A DNA stretch of 64,000 bases from an uncultured Verrucomicrobiae bacterium (GTDB lineage: Bacteria > Verrucomicrobiota > Verrucomicrobiia > Chthoniobacterales > UBA10450), in contig CAWIBO010000002.1 of assembly GCA_963834385.1 (NCBI GenBank), positions 1,088,001 through 1,152,000 of the forward strand. The letters run 5' to 3'. A program made the translations under genes and the position numbers. Positions 49,482-61,495 of the stretch are shown one piece after another (position 1 is the stretch's first letter; every line of letters starts with the position of its first letter). Under the pieces are notes generated by a model, which was given only the letters and a program-made list of their open reading frames with translations, ran no database searches and was not told the origin of the DNA.

Positions 49482-50162
49482 ATGACGCGACACATCCTGA
49501 ACAATTTCGACGAGGCGCTGGCCTCCTTGCGCAACAACGTTCTCCTGATGACGAGCCTGACGGAGCGAAGTCTCAGCCAGGCCATGACCGGGCTCTTCCA
49601 GCGGGACGAGGATCTTTGCGCCTCCGCCATTGCCGATGACGAGGAGATCGACCAGCTGGAGAAGCAGGTGGACAAGGACGGGATTGATCTGCTCCTGCGT
49701 TTCCAGCCGGTGGCGTCCGACCTGCGCCGGGTGGTCTCGGCCATGAAACTTTCCTCGAACGTAGAGCGGATCGGCGACCAGGCGGTCAACATCGCCCGGC
49801 GCGGGCGCAAGCTCAGCCGGCACCCGGCCCTCGAGGAAATCCGGCTGATCGAGCCGATGAACGAGCATGCCATGGCCATGTTCCGCGACAGCGTCGACGC
49901 CTTCATGCGGGAGGACGTGGAGCTGGCCATGACCTTGAAACCGCGGGACAAAAAACTGGACGAACTGAACGCCAACGCCGGGTCAAAGCTGATCGAGCGC
50001 ATGGCGCAGGATCCCGACCAGCTCCGGGGTTACCTCAACCTGATGTTCATCTCGCGGTGCCTCGAGCGGGTGGGCGACCATGCCACCAATATCGCCGAGG
50101 ACGCGGTCTACGCCGCCGCGGCGGAGGACATCCGGCACCGGCCATTTGTTGCGTCGGCCTGA
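49482..50162 (+). CDS. phoU: Phosphate signalling protein
   Basis: QPVASDLR, VERIGDQAVNIA, LERVGDHATNIAE. Confidence 0.96.
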   Translation: MTRHILNNFDEALASLRNNVLLMTSLTERSLSQAMTGLFQRDEDLCASAIADDEEIDQLEKQVDKDGIDLLLRFQPVASDLRRVVSAMKLSSNVERIGDQAVNIARRGRKLSRHPALEEIRLIEPMNEHAMAMFRDSVDAFMREDVELAMTLKPRDKKLDELNANAGSKLIERMAQDPDQLRGYLNLMFISRCLERVGDHATNIAEDAVYAAAAEDIRHRPFVASA

Positions 50163-50184
50163 GACGCGGTGCATTTAAGGGTTC

Positions 50185-52407
50185 ATGGCCGTTGAATCCA
50201 CCGCGCGGGTCGCGACCGACGAGGTCGGCACGCCCAGCGTGGACGGCGGGGCGGCGGAGGGGGTCGAGGCGTTTTCCGATCCCGGTCATTTCATCAACCG
50301 CGAGCTGAGCTGGCTGGAATTCAACCGACGAGTCCTGGAAGAGGCGCAGGATGCGACGCAGCCGCTCATGGAACGGGTCAAGTTCCTGACAATCTTCAGC
50401 TCGAACCTCGACGAATTCTTCGAGATCCGGGTGGCCGGGATCAAGCAGCAGATCGAAAGCGAGACGAGCGAGCTCGGGCCGGACGGCCTGAGCGCGACCG
50501 AGACCTTCAACGCCATCCAGCGCATCGCGCACGAGATGGTCGCGACCGAGTATGCCCTCTGGAACAACGAGTTGCAGCCCGCCCTCGCCCGCCAGGGGAT
50601 CCGCATCCATCATGTGCGCGATCTCAACACCCGGCGGGCGGCCTGGGCCCAGCGCTATTTCCAGGAAGAGGTCTTCCCCATGCTCACGCCGCTGGCCGTC
50701 GATGCCAGCCACCCTTTTCCCCAGCTCCTGAACAAGAGCCACAATCTCCTGGTGCGGGCCCGGGCCGGCCGCGGCGGCGAGATGCTTCACGCCATCGTGC
50801 AGGTCCCGCGCGTCATTCCGCGCCTGATCGCCCTGCCGCGCAACCGGGGCAAGGGCGAACCGTGGGACTACATCTACCTCGCTTCGCTCATCAAGCAGAA
50901 CATCGCTGCGCTTTTCCCTGGGATGATCCTCGACGGCGTGCACGCCTTCCGTGTCACCCGGAACAGCGATCTCTACATTGACGAGGAGGAAGCCGACAAC
51001 CTCCTGCGCAGCATCGAGGAGGAACTGAAGCGGTCGAGCCGTGGCGATGCCGTGCGCCTGGAGGTGGAACAGGATTGCCCGAAGGAGTATCGCGACCTGC
51101 TCCTCGAGTTTTTCGATCTGGCCGAGGCCGACCTTTACCGGGTGGACGGCCCGCTTTCCATGGCTCACCTGATGCCGCTGGTGACGAACGATGCCTTTGC
51201 CCGCCTGAAAGACCGCCCGTTCCAGCCGGCGCGCGACCCGGCCCTGCCGAAAGGAGCCAATCCCTTTGAGGTGCTGCGCAAACAGGATGTCCTGCTCCAC
51301 CACCCCTACGAGAGTTTCGACACGGTGGTCGAGCTGATCGAGTGCGCCGCGGCCGATCCGCTTGTGCTGGCGCTGAAGATCACACTTTATCGCACCAGCG
51401 GCGATTCGCCGATCGTTGAGGCGTTGATTGACGCCGCCAACGCCGGGAAACAGGTGACCGCACTGGTGGAACTGCGGGCGCGTTTCGACGAGGCGGCCAA
51501 CATCCAGTGGGCGCGCCGGCTCGAGGAAGCGGGCGCCCATGTTGTCTATGGCGTGGTCGGTCTGAAAACGCACTGCAAGGCGCTCCTCATCGTGCGGCGG
51601 GACAGCGATCGCCTGCGCCAGTATGTTCATCTCGGCACCGGGAATTACCACCCGCGCACCGCCCGCATTTACACCGATTTCAGCCTGCTGACCGCGCGGC
51701 CCAGGCTGACCGACGAGGTGGCGGTGGTCTTCAATACCCTGACCGGCCTGGCGGCCTTTCCCGGCCTGCAGAATCTTCTGGTGGCGCCGTTCGATCTGCA
51801 GACCAAGCTGATCGAGTTCATCGAGCGGGAACGCGATCACGCCCGCGCCGGGCGCGAGGCCCGGATCATCGTGAAGCTGAACTCGCTGGTGGATGAGGAG
51901 GCGATCCTCAAGCTTTATGAAGCTTCCGCTGCCGGGGTGAAGATCGATCTGATCGTGCGCGGGATTTGCTGTCTGCGTCCCCGGCTCAAGGGTGTGAGCG
52001 AGAACATTCGCGTGATCAGCATCGTCGGGCGCTTCCTGGAGCACAGCCGGATTTATTATTTTGCCAACAACGGGAAGCCGGACCTTTATCTGTCCAGCGC
52101 CGACTGGATGCCGCGCAATTTTTTGCGCCGGGTGGAGGTCGCCTTCCCCATCCAGGACCCGGCCTTGCGCGATGAAATCGTCAACGAAACCCTGCCGACT
52201 TTCCTGAGCGACTGTGTGAAGGCCCGCGAACTCCAGCCCGATGGAAAATATGTTCGTCTCGCGACTCCCGAGGGGGGCACCCGGGCCCAGGCCCAGCTGG
52301 CCTTTCGGAACCGCGCCCGCCGGCTGGCCCGCCAGGCCGCCGAAGCACAGGTGACCCCGGCATCGAAACTCGTCCCGATCAAGAAGGCGGGGAGGACACG
52401 CCCATGA
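50185..52407 (+). CDS. ppk1: Polyphosphate kinase 1
   Basis: FINRELSWLEFNRRV, HHPYESF, ARFDEAANI, HLGTGNY, GRFLEHSRI, SADWMPRN. Confidence 0.97.
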   Translation: MAVESTARVATDEVGTPSVDGGAAEGVEAFSDPGHFINRELSWLEFNRRVLEEAQDATQPLMERVKFLTIFSSNLDEFFEIRVAGIKQQIESETSELGPDGLSATETFNAIQRIAHEMVATEYALWNNELQPALARQGIRIHHVRDLNTRRAAWAQRYFQEEVFPMLTPLAVDASHPFPQLLNKSHNLLVRARAGRGGEMLHAIVQVPRVIPRLIALPRNRGKGEPWDYIYLASLIKQNIAALFPGMILDGVHAFRVTRNSDLYIDEEEADNLLRSIEEELKRSSRGDAVRLEVEQDCPKEYRDLLLEFFDLAEADLYRVDGPLSMAHLMPLVTNDAFARLKDRPFQPARDPALPKGANPFEVLRKQDVLLHHPYESFDTVVELIECAAADPLVLALKITLYRTSGDSPIVEALIDAANAGKQVTALVELRARFDEAANIQWARRLEEAGAHVVYGVVGLKTHCKALLIVRRDSDRLRQYVHLGTGNYHPRTARIYTDFSLLTARPRLTDEVAVVFNTLTGLAAFPGLQNLLVAPFDLQTKLIEFIERERDHARAGREARIIVKLNSLVDEEAILKLYEASAAGVKIDLIVRGICCLRPRLKGVSENIRVISIVGRFLEHSRIYYFANNGKPDLYLSSADWMPRNFLRRVEVAFPIQDPALRDEIVNETLPTFLSDCVKARELQPDGKYVRLATPEGGTRAQAQLAFRNRARRLARQAAEAQVTPASKLVPIKKAGRTRP

Positions 52408-53093
52408 AACGGCGCGTCCTCGTCATCGACATCGGCGGAACCAACGTGAAAGTGATGCTTTCCCGCCAGAAACGCCGCAAATTCGACTCCGGACCGGATA
52501 TGGGTCCGCGGCAGTTTATCGCCGATCTGAAGGAAGAGGTCGCCGATTGGAAATTTGATGTGGTCTCGGTCGGGTTCCCTGCTCCGCTGCGCGACGGGCG
52601 GCTCCTGCTTGAGCCGAAGAATCTCGGGAGCGGCTGGAAACGTTTCGACTGGCGCAGGGCCATCGGCAAACCGGTGCGGGTGATGAACGACGCCGCCATG
52701 CAGGCCCTCGGGAGTTATCACGGCGGGCGGATGCTCTTCCTCGGGCTCGGCACGGGGCTGGGGTCCGCCCTGATCTGGCGGGACACGGTCCTGTCGCTCG
52801 AACTGGGAGATCTTCCCTACCTCGACGGGTGCACCATGGAAGACTGGCTGGGCAAGGATGGCCTGAAGCAGATCGGGAAAAAACATTGGTCACACGAGGC
52901 CCGCCGCGTGGTCGAGCATCTGCAAAAAGCCATGGTGGCCGACTACGTGGTCCTGGGCGGCGGCAACGCCAAGCTGCTGGGCAAACTCCCGTCCGAGGTC
53001 GAGCTGGGTCACAACCGCAACGCTTTCCTGGGCGGGAAACGGCTCTGGGCCATCAAAGGCAAGCCCGGCCGGCAGAAGTGGAATATTCTTTGA
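52404..53093 (+). CDS. ROK family kinase, probable polyphosphate glucokinase
   Basis: VIDIGGTNVK, MNDAAMQALG, LGLGTGLGSAL; ATGA overlap with ppk1. Confidence 0.8.
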   Translation: MKRRVLVIDIGGTNVKVMLSRQKRRKFDSGPDMGPRQFIADLKEEVADWKFDVVSVGFPAPLRDGRLLLEPKNLGSGWKRFDWRRAIGKPVRVMNDAAMQALGSYHGGRMLFLGLGTGLGSALIWRDTVLSLELGDLPYLDGCTMEDWLGKDGLKQIGKKHWSHEARRVVEHLQKAMVADYVVLGGGNAKLLGKLPSEVELGHNRNAFLGGKRLWAIKGKPGRQKWNIL

Positions 53094-53103
53094 GGGGAAC
53101 GGG

Positions 53104-53571
53104 ATGAAGAAGGTGATTTTTTTGCGGCACGGGGAGGCCGATTGGCCGAACTGGGAGGGATCGGATGACGAGCGACCCCTGACAAAGAAGGGCAAGGCGG
53201 AGGTGAATCGGGTGGCGAAATTCCTGAAGCATGCCGGGGCCCGTCCGCTGCTGATTTTCACGAGCCCGCTGCCGCGCGCGGCGCAGACGGCAAAAATCGT
53301 CGCGAAACGGCTTTGCCTTGAACTGGGAGTGAACGAGGAGCTGGGCAAAGGGTTCAACATTGCAAAGCTGCGGCGCATCCTGCGCGAGCACGATGTCGAG
53401 ACGCTCATCGTGGTCGGGCACGAACCCGATTTCACGCATGTCCTGCGGTTGCTCACAGGCGGCGAAGTGCGGCTGGCCAAGGCCGGGGTGGCCTTGGTGG
53501 AGATGGAAAGCGCGGAAAGCAAGGGGCGCCTGCTCTGGCTTTTTCCGCCGCGGTTTGCCCGGAAACGCTGA
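53104..53571 (+). CDS. sixA: Phosphohistidine phosphatase SixA family
   Basis: LRHGEA, DDERPLT, TSPLPRAAQTA, VGHEPD. Confidence 0.9.
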   Translation: MKKVIFLRHGEADWPNWEGSDDERPLTKKGKAEVNRVAKFLKHAGARPLLIFTSPLPRAAQTAKIVAKRLCLELGVNEELGKGFNIAKLRRILREHDVETLIVVGHEPDFTHVLRLLTGGEVRLAKAGVALVEMESAESKGRLLWLFPPRFARKR

Positions 53572-53579
53572 GCGGCGGC

Positions 53580-54317
53580 ATGCGTTATCAGGCCCTCGCT
53601 TGCGATTACGACGGCACGCTGGCGCATGATGGCGAGCTGGCCGCGACGACGGCCGCGGCCCTCGTTCGTCTGCGCGAGAGCGGCCGCCGCCTTCTCATGG
53701 TGACCGGTCGCGAGCTGGAGGAGTTAAAGCAGGTCTGCCCGGTGCTCGACCTTTTCGAAATCGTCGTGGCGGAAAATGGCGCGCTGCTTTACCGGCCGGC
53801 CGACAACGAGATTCGGCTTCTTTGTCCGCCCCCTTCCCCGCTGCTGGTGGAGCGATTGCGCGCCGCCCGGGTCGAGCCGTTCTCGGTGGGGCACGCCATC
53901 GTGGCCACGCGCGAGCCTTACGACACCGTTGTGCAGAAAGTGATCGCCGAACTTGGCCTGTCGGTGCAGGTGATCTTCAACAAGGGCGCGGTCATGATCC
54001 TGCCGGAAGGCGTCAACAAGGCGACCGGCCTCGAGGCGGCGCTCTCCGAGATGCAGCTCGCCCCGGCCGCCGTGGTCGGCGTGGGCGATGCGGAGAATGA
54101 TCATGCCTTCCTGGAACAGTGCGGACTGGGCGTGGCGGTGGCCAACGCGCTGCCAATGCTGAAGAGCCGCGCCGACATCGTCACGCAGGGCGCCCGCGGC
54201 GACGGCGTGATTGAATTGATCAACCGGATGCTGGAAAACGATCTGGCCGACGTCCGACCGCGCGCCCTCAAGCCGCGGTCCGGGGCCCAGGCCGCCGAGT
54301 CGCATCCCGGCCGGTAA
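53580..54317 (+). CDS. HAD-IIB family hydrolase
   Basis: CDYDGTL, ENGA, VNKATG, GDAEND, AVANA. Confidence 0.9.
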   Translation: MRYQALACDYDGTLAHDGELAATTAAALVRLRESGRRLLMVTGRELEELKQVCPVLDLFEIVVAENGALLYRPADNEIRLLCPPPSPLLVERLRAARVEPFSVGHAIVATREPYDTVVQKVIAELGLSVQVIFNKGAVMILPEGVNKATGLEAALSEMQLAPAAVVGVGDAENDHAFLEQCGLGVAVANALPMLKSRADIVTQGARGDGVIELINRMLENDLADVRPRALKPRSGAQAAESHPGR

Positions 54318-54557
54318 ACAACTTAAGCGGCCACTAGGGCGACAAAGGATTGACCCGGCGAAAAATCTGACCGCCCTATTGCCCTGCCGCCCGGGTCGCC
54401 CCCTCCACCTTTGCTCGCTTTGCATCGAATTGGCTCCGTGCAGGATGCATCACTTTGTGCGGGTGGCCGGGAAAGGCGTTTCTCCGCCCGGACAACAATT
54501 TCCAGAACCGCATTGAAAAACTGGAGAACCGATGGCGCGCGGGAATCCGATTGTTGG

Positions 54558-54725
54558 ATGGTGGAAAAGACCTCAGAGGATCCCCGTCCAAAGTCGGCGC
54601 GCCAGACCCCGGTCGTTTGCGTCCGCTGCCGGAAGATCATGAATCATATCAATGTTCCGCCGCGCAAAGAGAAAGATCGGCTTTTCAGTATTTGCGAAAG
54701 CTGCCAGGTCCGCGGACCGGTCTGA
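54558..54725 (+). CDS. Possible 55-aa zinc-finger microprotein
   Basis: [55 protein letters not shown]; two CxxC; stop abuts arsC stop. Confidence 0.45.
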   Translation: MVEKTSEDPRPKSARQTPVVCVRCRKIMNHINVPPRKEKDRLFSICESCQVRGPV

Positions 54726-55154
54726 TTACTCTCCTTCGGCGGCGAGAAACTCTTCGACCCGCTCCCGGATCGAATCGCGCACCCGGCGAAACTCAGCCAG
54801 TTTTTCCTCCGGCGTTCCCTTCGCCTGCGAAGGATCGGGAAACGGCCAGTGCAACCGCCGCGTCGGACCGGGGAAGATCGGGCAGCCCTGCGCTTCGGAT
54901 TCGTGGCAGACCGTCACGACATGGCTGAACGATGTTCCGTCGGCGGAAACATCGAAGACCGACTGTGTTTTCTTGCCGGAGATATCGATCCCCCACTCCT
55001 GCATGGCCTGCACGGCGAACGGATTCAGCGTGCCCGGCTCGAGCCCGGCGCTGTGCGCTTCGAAGCGATCGCCGCCGCGGGCTTTAAGGATCGCCTCCGC
55101 CATCTGGCTGCGGGCGCTGTTATGAACACAAAGAAAGAGAACACGTTTTTTCAT
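54726..55154 (-). CDS. arsC: Arsenate reductase / LMW-PTP family
   Basis: [22 protein letters not shown]...[17 protein letters not shown]. Confidence 0.9.
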   Translation of the reverse strand: MKKRVLFLCVHNSARSQMAEAILKARGGDRFEAHSAGLEPGTLNPFAVQAMQEWGIDISGKKTQSVFDVSADGTSFSHVVTVCHESEAQGCPIFPGPTRRLHWPFPDPSQAKGTPEEKLAEFRRVRDSIRERVEEFLAAEGE

Positions 55155-55191
55155 TGGTTTCCGAGCGGGTCTCCTGACGTTAAAGGCGAGG

Positions 55192-55219
55192 ACCCGCCGG
55201 GAAAGAACGCCCGGCGGGT
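55192..55219. terminator. GC-rich hairpin between pstS and arsC
   Basis: ACCCGCCGGG-8 nt-CCCGGCGGGT perfect inverted repeat; no clear U-tract. Confidence 0.55.
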
Positions 55220-55243
55220 TACGCGGTCAACCTTGGGGCAGGA

Positions 55244-56054
55244 TCACTTGACGGGAATGAACCCGACCTGCTGGGCGATCTTCTGCCCGGCAGGGCTCAG
55301 GGTAAAATCGACGAAGGCACTTCGCGGGACCAGTGGGATCGCCATTTGTATAGTAAAAGGTGGGCCGGGAAAGCGGATATTGCTTTGCCTGGACCGCCGC
55401 GACGGAGGGAGTCGCGCCATCGATCGGGACCACCTTGACGCCCGGAGCTTTTTCGTAGGCCAGGCCGACGTAACCGATCCCATTGGGATTCCGGCCGACT
55501 TCGGCCGCGATCTGCTCGTTGCCCGCCATCTTCTGGGCGCCGCCGGCATAATCACGCTTCTTCATCGCCAGCTCCTTGAAATCGGAATAGGTGCCCGAGG
55601 AGGTGTTGCGGGTGTAGATTGAGATCTTGCCCGCGGGACCGCCGACTGCGCTCCAGTCCTGCACATCGCCGGTGAAGATCTGTTCCACCTGCTTTTTGGT
55701 CAGGCCCTTGATCGGGTTGTTCTGGTTCACGATCACGGCGATGCCGTCATAAGCCACAATGGTCGGTTTCATGTTCACCCCCCTGGCCTGGGCGGCAGCG
55801 ATCTCCGTGGGCTTGGCCCGGCGGCTCGACATGCCGATCTGCGCGGTGCCATCGATGATGGCGGCGATTCCGGTGGTGGAACCCTCGGCCGCGATGTCGA
55901 AGGTGGTGCCGGAGTTCTGCGCCTTGAATTGTTCCGCGAGCTGCGGCACGAGTTTCGCCCCGAGAGTGTCGGAGCCCTTGATGACGAGGCGGTCTGCCAG
56001 CGCGGACGACGCCAGCAGGGCCATGGAGACGGTGAGTGTCAGGATGCGTTTCAT
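55244..56054 (-). CDS. pstS: Phosphate ABC transporter substrate-binding protein (frameshift at ~55319, probable error)
   Basis: IKGSDT, GSTTGIAA, IGMSSR, TRNTSSGT, YPLSRP; C-terminus AFVDFTLSPAGQKIAQQVGFIPVK is in another frame. Confidence 0.92.
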
Positions 56055-56087
56055 GATGCTTCTTTCTTTGGTGCGTTGGGGTTGGGG

Positions 56088-57524
56088 TTAGAACTTCACG
56101 TTCAAATCAGCCTGGAAGATCTGGAAATGGTCGAGCGGGTTGAACCCGATGTCGCCGGAGCCGCCGGTGCCGAGGTTTTCATTCGCCTGCATGCCGTAGC
56201 CGTAGGTCAGGTTGAAAGTAATGGCGTCGCTGAGGGCGTAGCCGCCCTGCACCACCACGCCTTCCATGTTCAACCTCGCGTCGAACATGTCGGAATCGAT
56301 CAGGTTCGGATCGAGCGAGAATTGCTCGGCGTGCTGCCAGAACACCACCAGCTGCCAGTCGCGCTTGGCCCTGATCCTCCCGGCCTGCAACCCCACCTGG
56401 TAGGCGAAACGTTCATCCTCGTACTCGGGGAACCCAGCCGCGTCGGCCCGGTCTTCCGCGTCGAGATTCACCGCGAAAGAGGCAAAGACCCTGAAAGGAA
56501 ACTCGCCAAACTGCCAGCCGAACTCCATCGGCACCTCGAGAATGGCCAGGCTGTTGATCCCGGTCTGGTTCCCCGTCGGCGTCCCGCGGTAGAAGCTGTT
56601 GAAATCGTTTCCGTAGCCCGAGTAGTGGTAAAAAGCCGGGGCGAGTTGGAAATAGGTGGTCTTGTCGATGTTGAATTTCGCGCCCACCTGGTAGCCGAAA
56701 ATGTAGGCGTCGTTCTCCGGCACGCGGCGGCCGTTCGCCACCGCCGGCGGCCCGAGCGGATTCTCCGGGTTCACGTCGTCGTAAAGGAACTGTCCGAAGT
56801 TCGCGAAGAGGTCGATGGTGAACGAGCGCGGCGAGGCGAAGGCGGCCGGCGCGATCGCCTTGCCATCCTTGTCGAAAGTGGCGGGCGCATCGGTCCCTCC
56901 CCCGTAGTTGAAGGTGTAGGTGTGCCTCCACTGCTGGGCCAGGCCTTCGGGGTTGATGTCGCTGTCCCAAACCATCGAGCTGGCGACAAACGGATTCGGC
57001 ATCCGGCCGGCGGTAAAGGTGAAGTCGCGGAGGCCTTTGTAGCCGAGATAGGCCTGCCCGATGTAGGCGGCGTCGCTTGATTTGCCGAACGGCCCGTTGT
57101 CATCGCCGAAGGTCACGTTGGTGGAACGGGGGCTCGAGCTGGTCTCGAGGCGCAGTCCGTAAAACCAGTCGTCCAGCAGCTTGCCCCGCAGCCCGAGGCG
57201 CAGGCGGTAACGCTGCCGGTTCCGCTGGATGGTCTCGTCCCCGTCCGTGCCGGAGGGAAAATCGGTGTCGCCGTTGCGGACCTCGTAGCGCACCCGGGCG
57301 TCGCCGTAGATTTCGAACTCGGTGATCGGGGAAGCGAGCTTGAGCTTTCCCGCCGAGGTGCTGGCCGCTTCCTGGGATAGTTCCGCGCGGACGTCCTCGG
57401 CTTCCTGGTCGGTCAGGATGCCTTTGCGCACGAGGAGATCAATGAGCGCGCCGCTGTCCTGCGCCAGGCCGGCCGTGGCGGCCAGGGAGAAAAGAGCCAG
57501 AAAGATGAGATGGAGTTTCTTCAT
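56088..57524 (-). CDS. Putative outer-membrane porin (likely phosphate-regulated)
   Basis: Signal peptide, ALIDLLVRKGIL, GDARVRYE, RYRLRLG, VWDSDINPEG, C-terminal FQADLNVKF beta-signal. Confidence 0.88.
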   Translation of the reverse strand: MKKLHLIFLALFSLAATAGLAQDSGALIDLLVRKGILTDQEAEDVRAELSQEAASTSAGKLKLASPITEFEIYGDARVRYEVRNGDTDFPSGTDGDETIQRNRQRYRLRLGLRGKLLDDWFYGLRLETSSSPRSTNVTFGDDNGPFGKSSDAAYIGQAYLGYKGLRDFTFTAGRMPNPFVASSMVWDSDINPEGLAQQWRHTYTFNYGGGTDAPATFDKDGKAIAPAAFASPRSFTIDLFANFGQFLYDDVNPENPLGPPAVANGRRVPENDAYIFGYQVGAKFNIDKTTYFQLAPAFYHYSGYGNDFNSFYRGTPTGNQTGINSLAILEVPMEFGWQFGEFPFRVFASFAVNLDAEDRADAAGFPEYEDERFAYQVGLQAGRIRAKRDWQLVVFWQHAEQFSLDPNLIDSDMFDARLNMEGVVVQGGYALSDAITFNLTYGYGMQANENLGTGGSGDIGFNPLDHFQIFQADLNVKF

Positions 57525-57605
57525 ATTGTGTGGTGCTGGTTCGGAGCCGCGACCGCCCGCTCCGGGGAACGATCATCGGCAGGTTGGGTTAAGCTGAACA
57601 TGCGC

Positions 57606-57659
57606 AGGCTAAAAGCGTTTTGTTACGGCCCGAAGACGCGTTCGTTACAATCTCGTGAA
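57606..57659 (-). promoter_or_regulatory. Putative PhoB-activated promoter: four phased half-sites plus -10
   Basis: Minus strand TTCAC-6-GTAAC-6-GTCTT-6-GTAAC-10-TAGCCT (11-bp period). Confidence 0.7.
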
Positions 57660-57673
57660 CACGCGCCGGGTCC

Positions 57674-58159
57674 TTAGCTGGCCAGGAGCTGATTGCTGTA
57701 GCGCGGATCGCCCGTGACATCGTCGCCCAGCCATTCCGGCGGCACGAACTCCTCGCAGCTCTGCCGGTCGTCAAATTCCACCTCCGCCACCACGATCCCC
57801 TCGTGGCAGCCATGATAAATATCGATCTCCACCACATGATCGCGCCACGGCATCCGATGCCGCGTTTTCTCCAGCCGCTTTCCCTCCGTGGCCGGCCAGA
57901 GCATCTCGAACTGCGGCACCGTCAGTTCAATTTCCCGTTCTTCCCGCGATGTCCCGGCCGCTCCGCGTTTGAACGTCAGGATGAAACGCGGCGATCCCTC
58001 ACGCCCCGCCGCCACCCGGCGCAGGCGAACCTGGGTTCCATCCTCCTCGCAGACCAGATAACCCTGCGCGATCGATTCCTGCGGCAACTCCTCCAGCTTG
58101 TCCGGAAGTTCGCGGACCAGGAATTTTCTCTCGATCTCTCGCGGGGTCGCATCGGCCAC
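57674..58159 (-). CDS. CYTH domain (triphosphate tunnel metalloenzyme) protein
   Basis: EIERKFLV, QGYL, VRLR, LEKTR, VAEVEF, DVTGDPRYSN. Confidence 0.93.
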   Translation of the reverse strand: MADATPREIERKFLVRELPDKLEELPQESIAQGYLVCEEDGTQVRLRRVAAGREGSPRFILTFKRGAAGTSREEREIELTVPQFEMLWPATEGKRLEKTRHRMPWRDHVVEIDIYHGCHEGIVVAEVEFDDRQSCEEFVPPEWLGDDVTGDPRYSNQLLAS

Positions 58160-58204
58160 GCCCGAGTCTGCCCCCCGCGCGCGGGCCCGGCAAGACCCGG
58201 GGCT

Positions 58205-58567
58205 TCAGGCCGGCCCGACTGTTCCCTGGACGGTCTCGATTTCCGCGAGCAGTTCGTCGCGGCGCTCGTTCAAGGTCTTGAGACGAAGCTGCCAGCGCGA
58301 CAACTGAATGCTGAGCTGGTTGATGTAGCTGGTGATCTCCGTCCGCTGCGATTCATTCTCCTTCAGGCGGCGCCGGGCGTCGGCCAACTTTGGGTCACCG
58401 GCCTCGGGAAGGGGCGGATTTTGCGAGGTGGCGGGCACGGTCACCGCTTCCTGACAACTGGAGCAGTTCAGCGTGTGCCCGGCGGCGGCGGCATCCACCA
58501 CCAGTGCGGCCTGGCAATGGGAGCAATGAAAAAGGATGTCGCCCGGGCCCGGCACAGTGCTTTGCAT
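58205..58567 (-). CDS. Zinc-ribbon plus coiled-coil hypothetical protein
   Basis: FHCSHCQAALVVD...LNCSSCQEAVTVP, followed by a heptad-rich helix. Confidence 0.78.
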   Translation of the reverse strand: MQSTVPGPGDILFHCSHCQAALVVDAAAAGHTLNCSSCQEAVTVPATSQNPPLPEAGDPKLADARRRLKENESQRTEITSYINQLSIQLSRWQLRLKTLNERRDELLAEIETVQGTVGPA

Positions 58568-58716
58568 TCACGTTGGGTGAGCAAATAATATACCCGGCGC
58601 ACAACCGACTTGGCGGAGTCAGCAAGGCCCGGCGGTCTGGCCGCGATTGGTGGTCCCGAGGACGGGTTGTCGGGATAGAAGCGGGAACCATGGGGTAGTG
58701 GGCTACCATCGATCGC

Positions 58717-60859
<2,143 letters not shown>

Positions 60860-60865
60860 GCTTTG

Positions 60866-60996
60866 GAATGACGAATGACCAATGACGAGTGACCTAATCA
60901 ATGACGAAGCCGAATGATGAAGACAGGCTCCGCCTGCTTTATCGAACTTCGCCATTCGACATTCCTTCGTCCTTTGGCATTCGGAATTCGTCATTA
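60866..60996. repeat. Heptamer repeats forming two complementary arms (AATGACG / CGTCATT type)
   Basis: gaatgac gaatgac caatgac gagtgac ... caatgac gaa, then ttcgccattcgacatt...ggcattcggaattcgtcatt. Confidence 0.7.
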
Positions 60997-61115
60997 CCGC
61001 GCCGTCCAACACCCCAACTTTACCTAAACAGAAACCAATTTGCGGCCCGCTCCGCGGCTGAGAATTCCCCGGCGCGGTCCGCATTAACCAACCCAAGAAG
61101 GAGTACTAACCACAT

Positions 61116-61412
61116 ATGGCATCAGTGAACGTCAAACCGCTCGGTGATCGCGTGCTTGTGCAGGCGATCGAAGAGCAGGAAGTGAAAAAGGGCGGAATCA
61201 TCATCCCGGATACCGCCAAGGAGAAACCGCAGGAGGGCAAAGTCGTTGCTCTCGGCACCGGCAAGATCGACGACAACGGCAAGAAGGTCGATTTCACCGT
61301 GAAACAGGGTGACAAGGTGCTGATCAGCAAATACGGCGGCACCGAGATCAAGGTGGACGGTGAGTCCTACCTGATCATGCGCGAGGACGACATCCTCGGC
61401 ATCATTGGTTAA
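61116..61412 (+). CDS. groES: Co-chaperonin GroES
   Basis: [31 protein letters not shown]. Confidence 0.98.
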   Translation: MASVNVKPLGDRVLVQAIEEQEVKKGGIIIPDTAKEKPQEGKVVALGTGKIDDNGKKVDFTVKQGDKVLISKYGGTEIKVDGESYLIMREDDILGIIG

Positions 61413-61426
61413 GAGCGGATCAATTC

Positions 61427-61495
61427 GGAAGCCAGGAATCCAGGAACAGAAAAATCAACCTTTCCGGATTTCATCATGGCTTCCTGGTTTCCAAA
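61427..61495. repeat. 9-mer repeats with complementary arm (CCAGGAA / TTCCTGG)
   Basis: ggaagccaggaatccaggaa ... ttccggatttc...ggcttcctggtttcc. Confidence 0.55.

Noticed and set aside
50047..52044. 665-aa antisense ORF opposite ppk1
   Set aside because: Shadow frame with no domain motifs.
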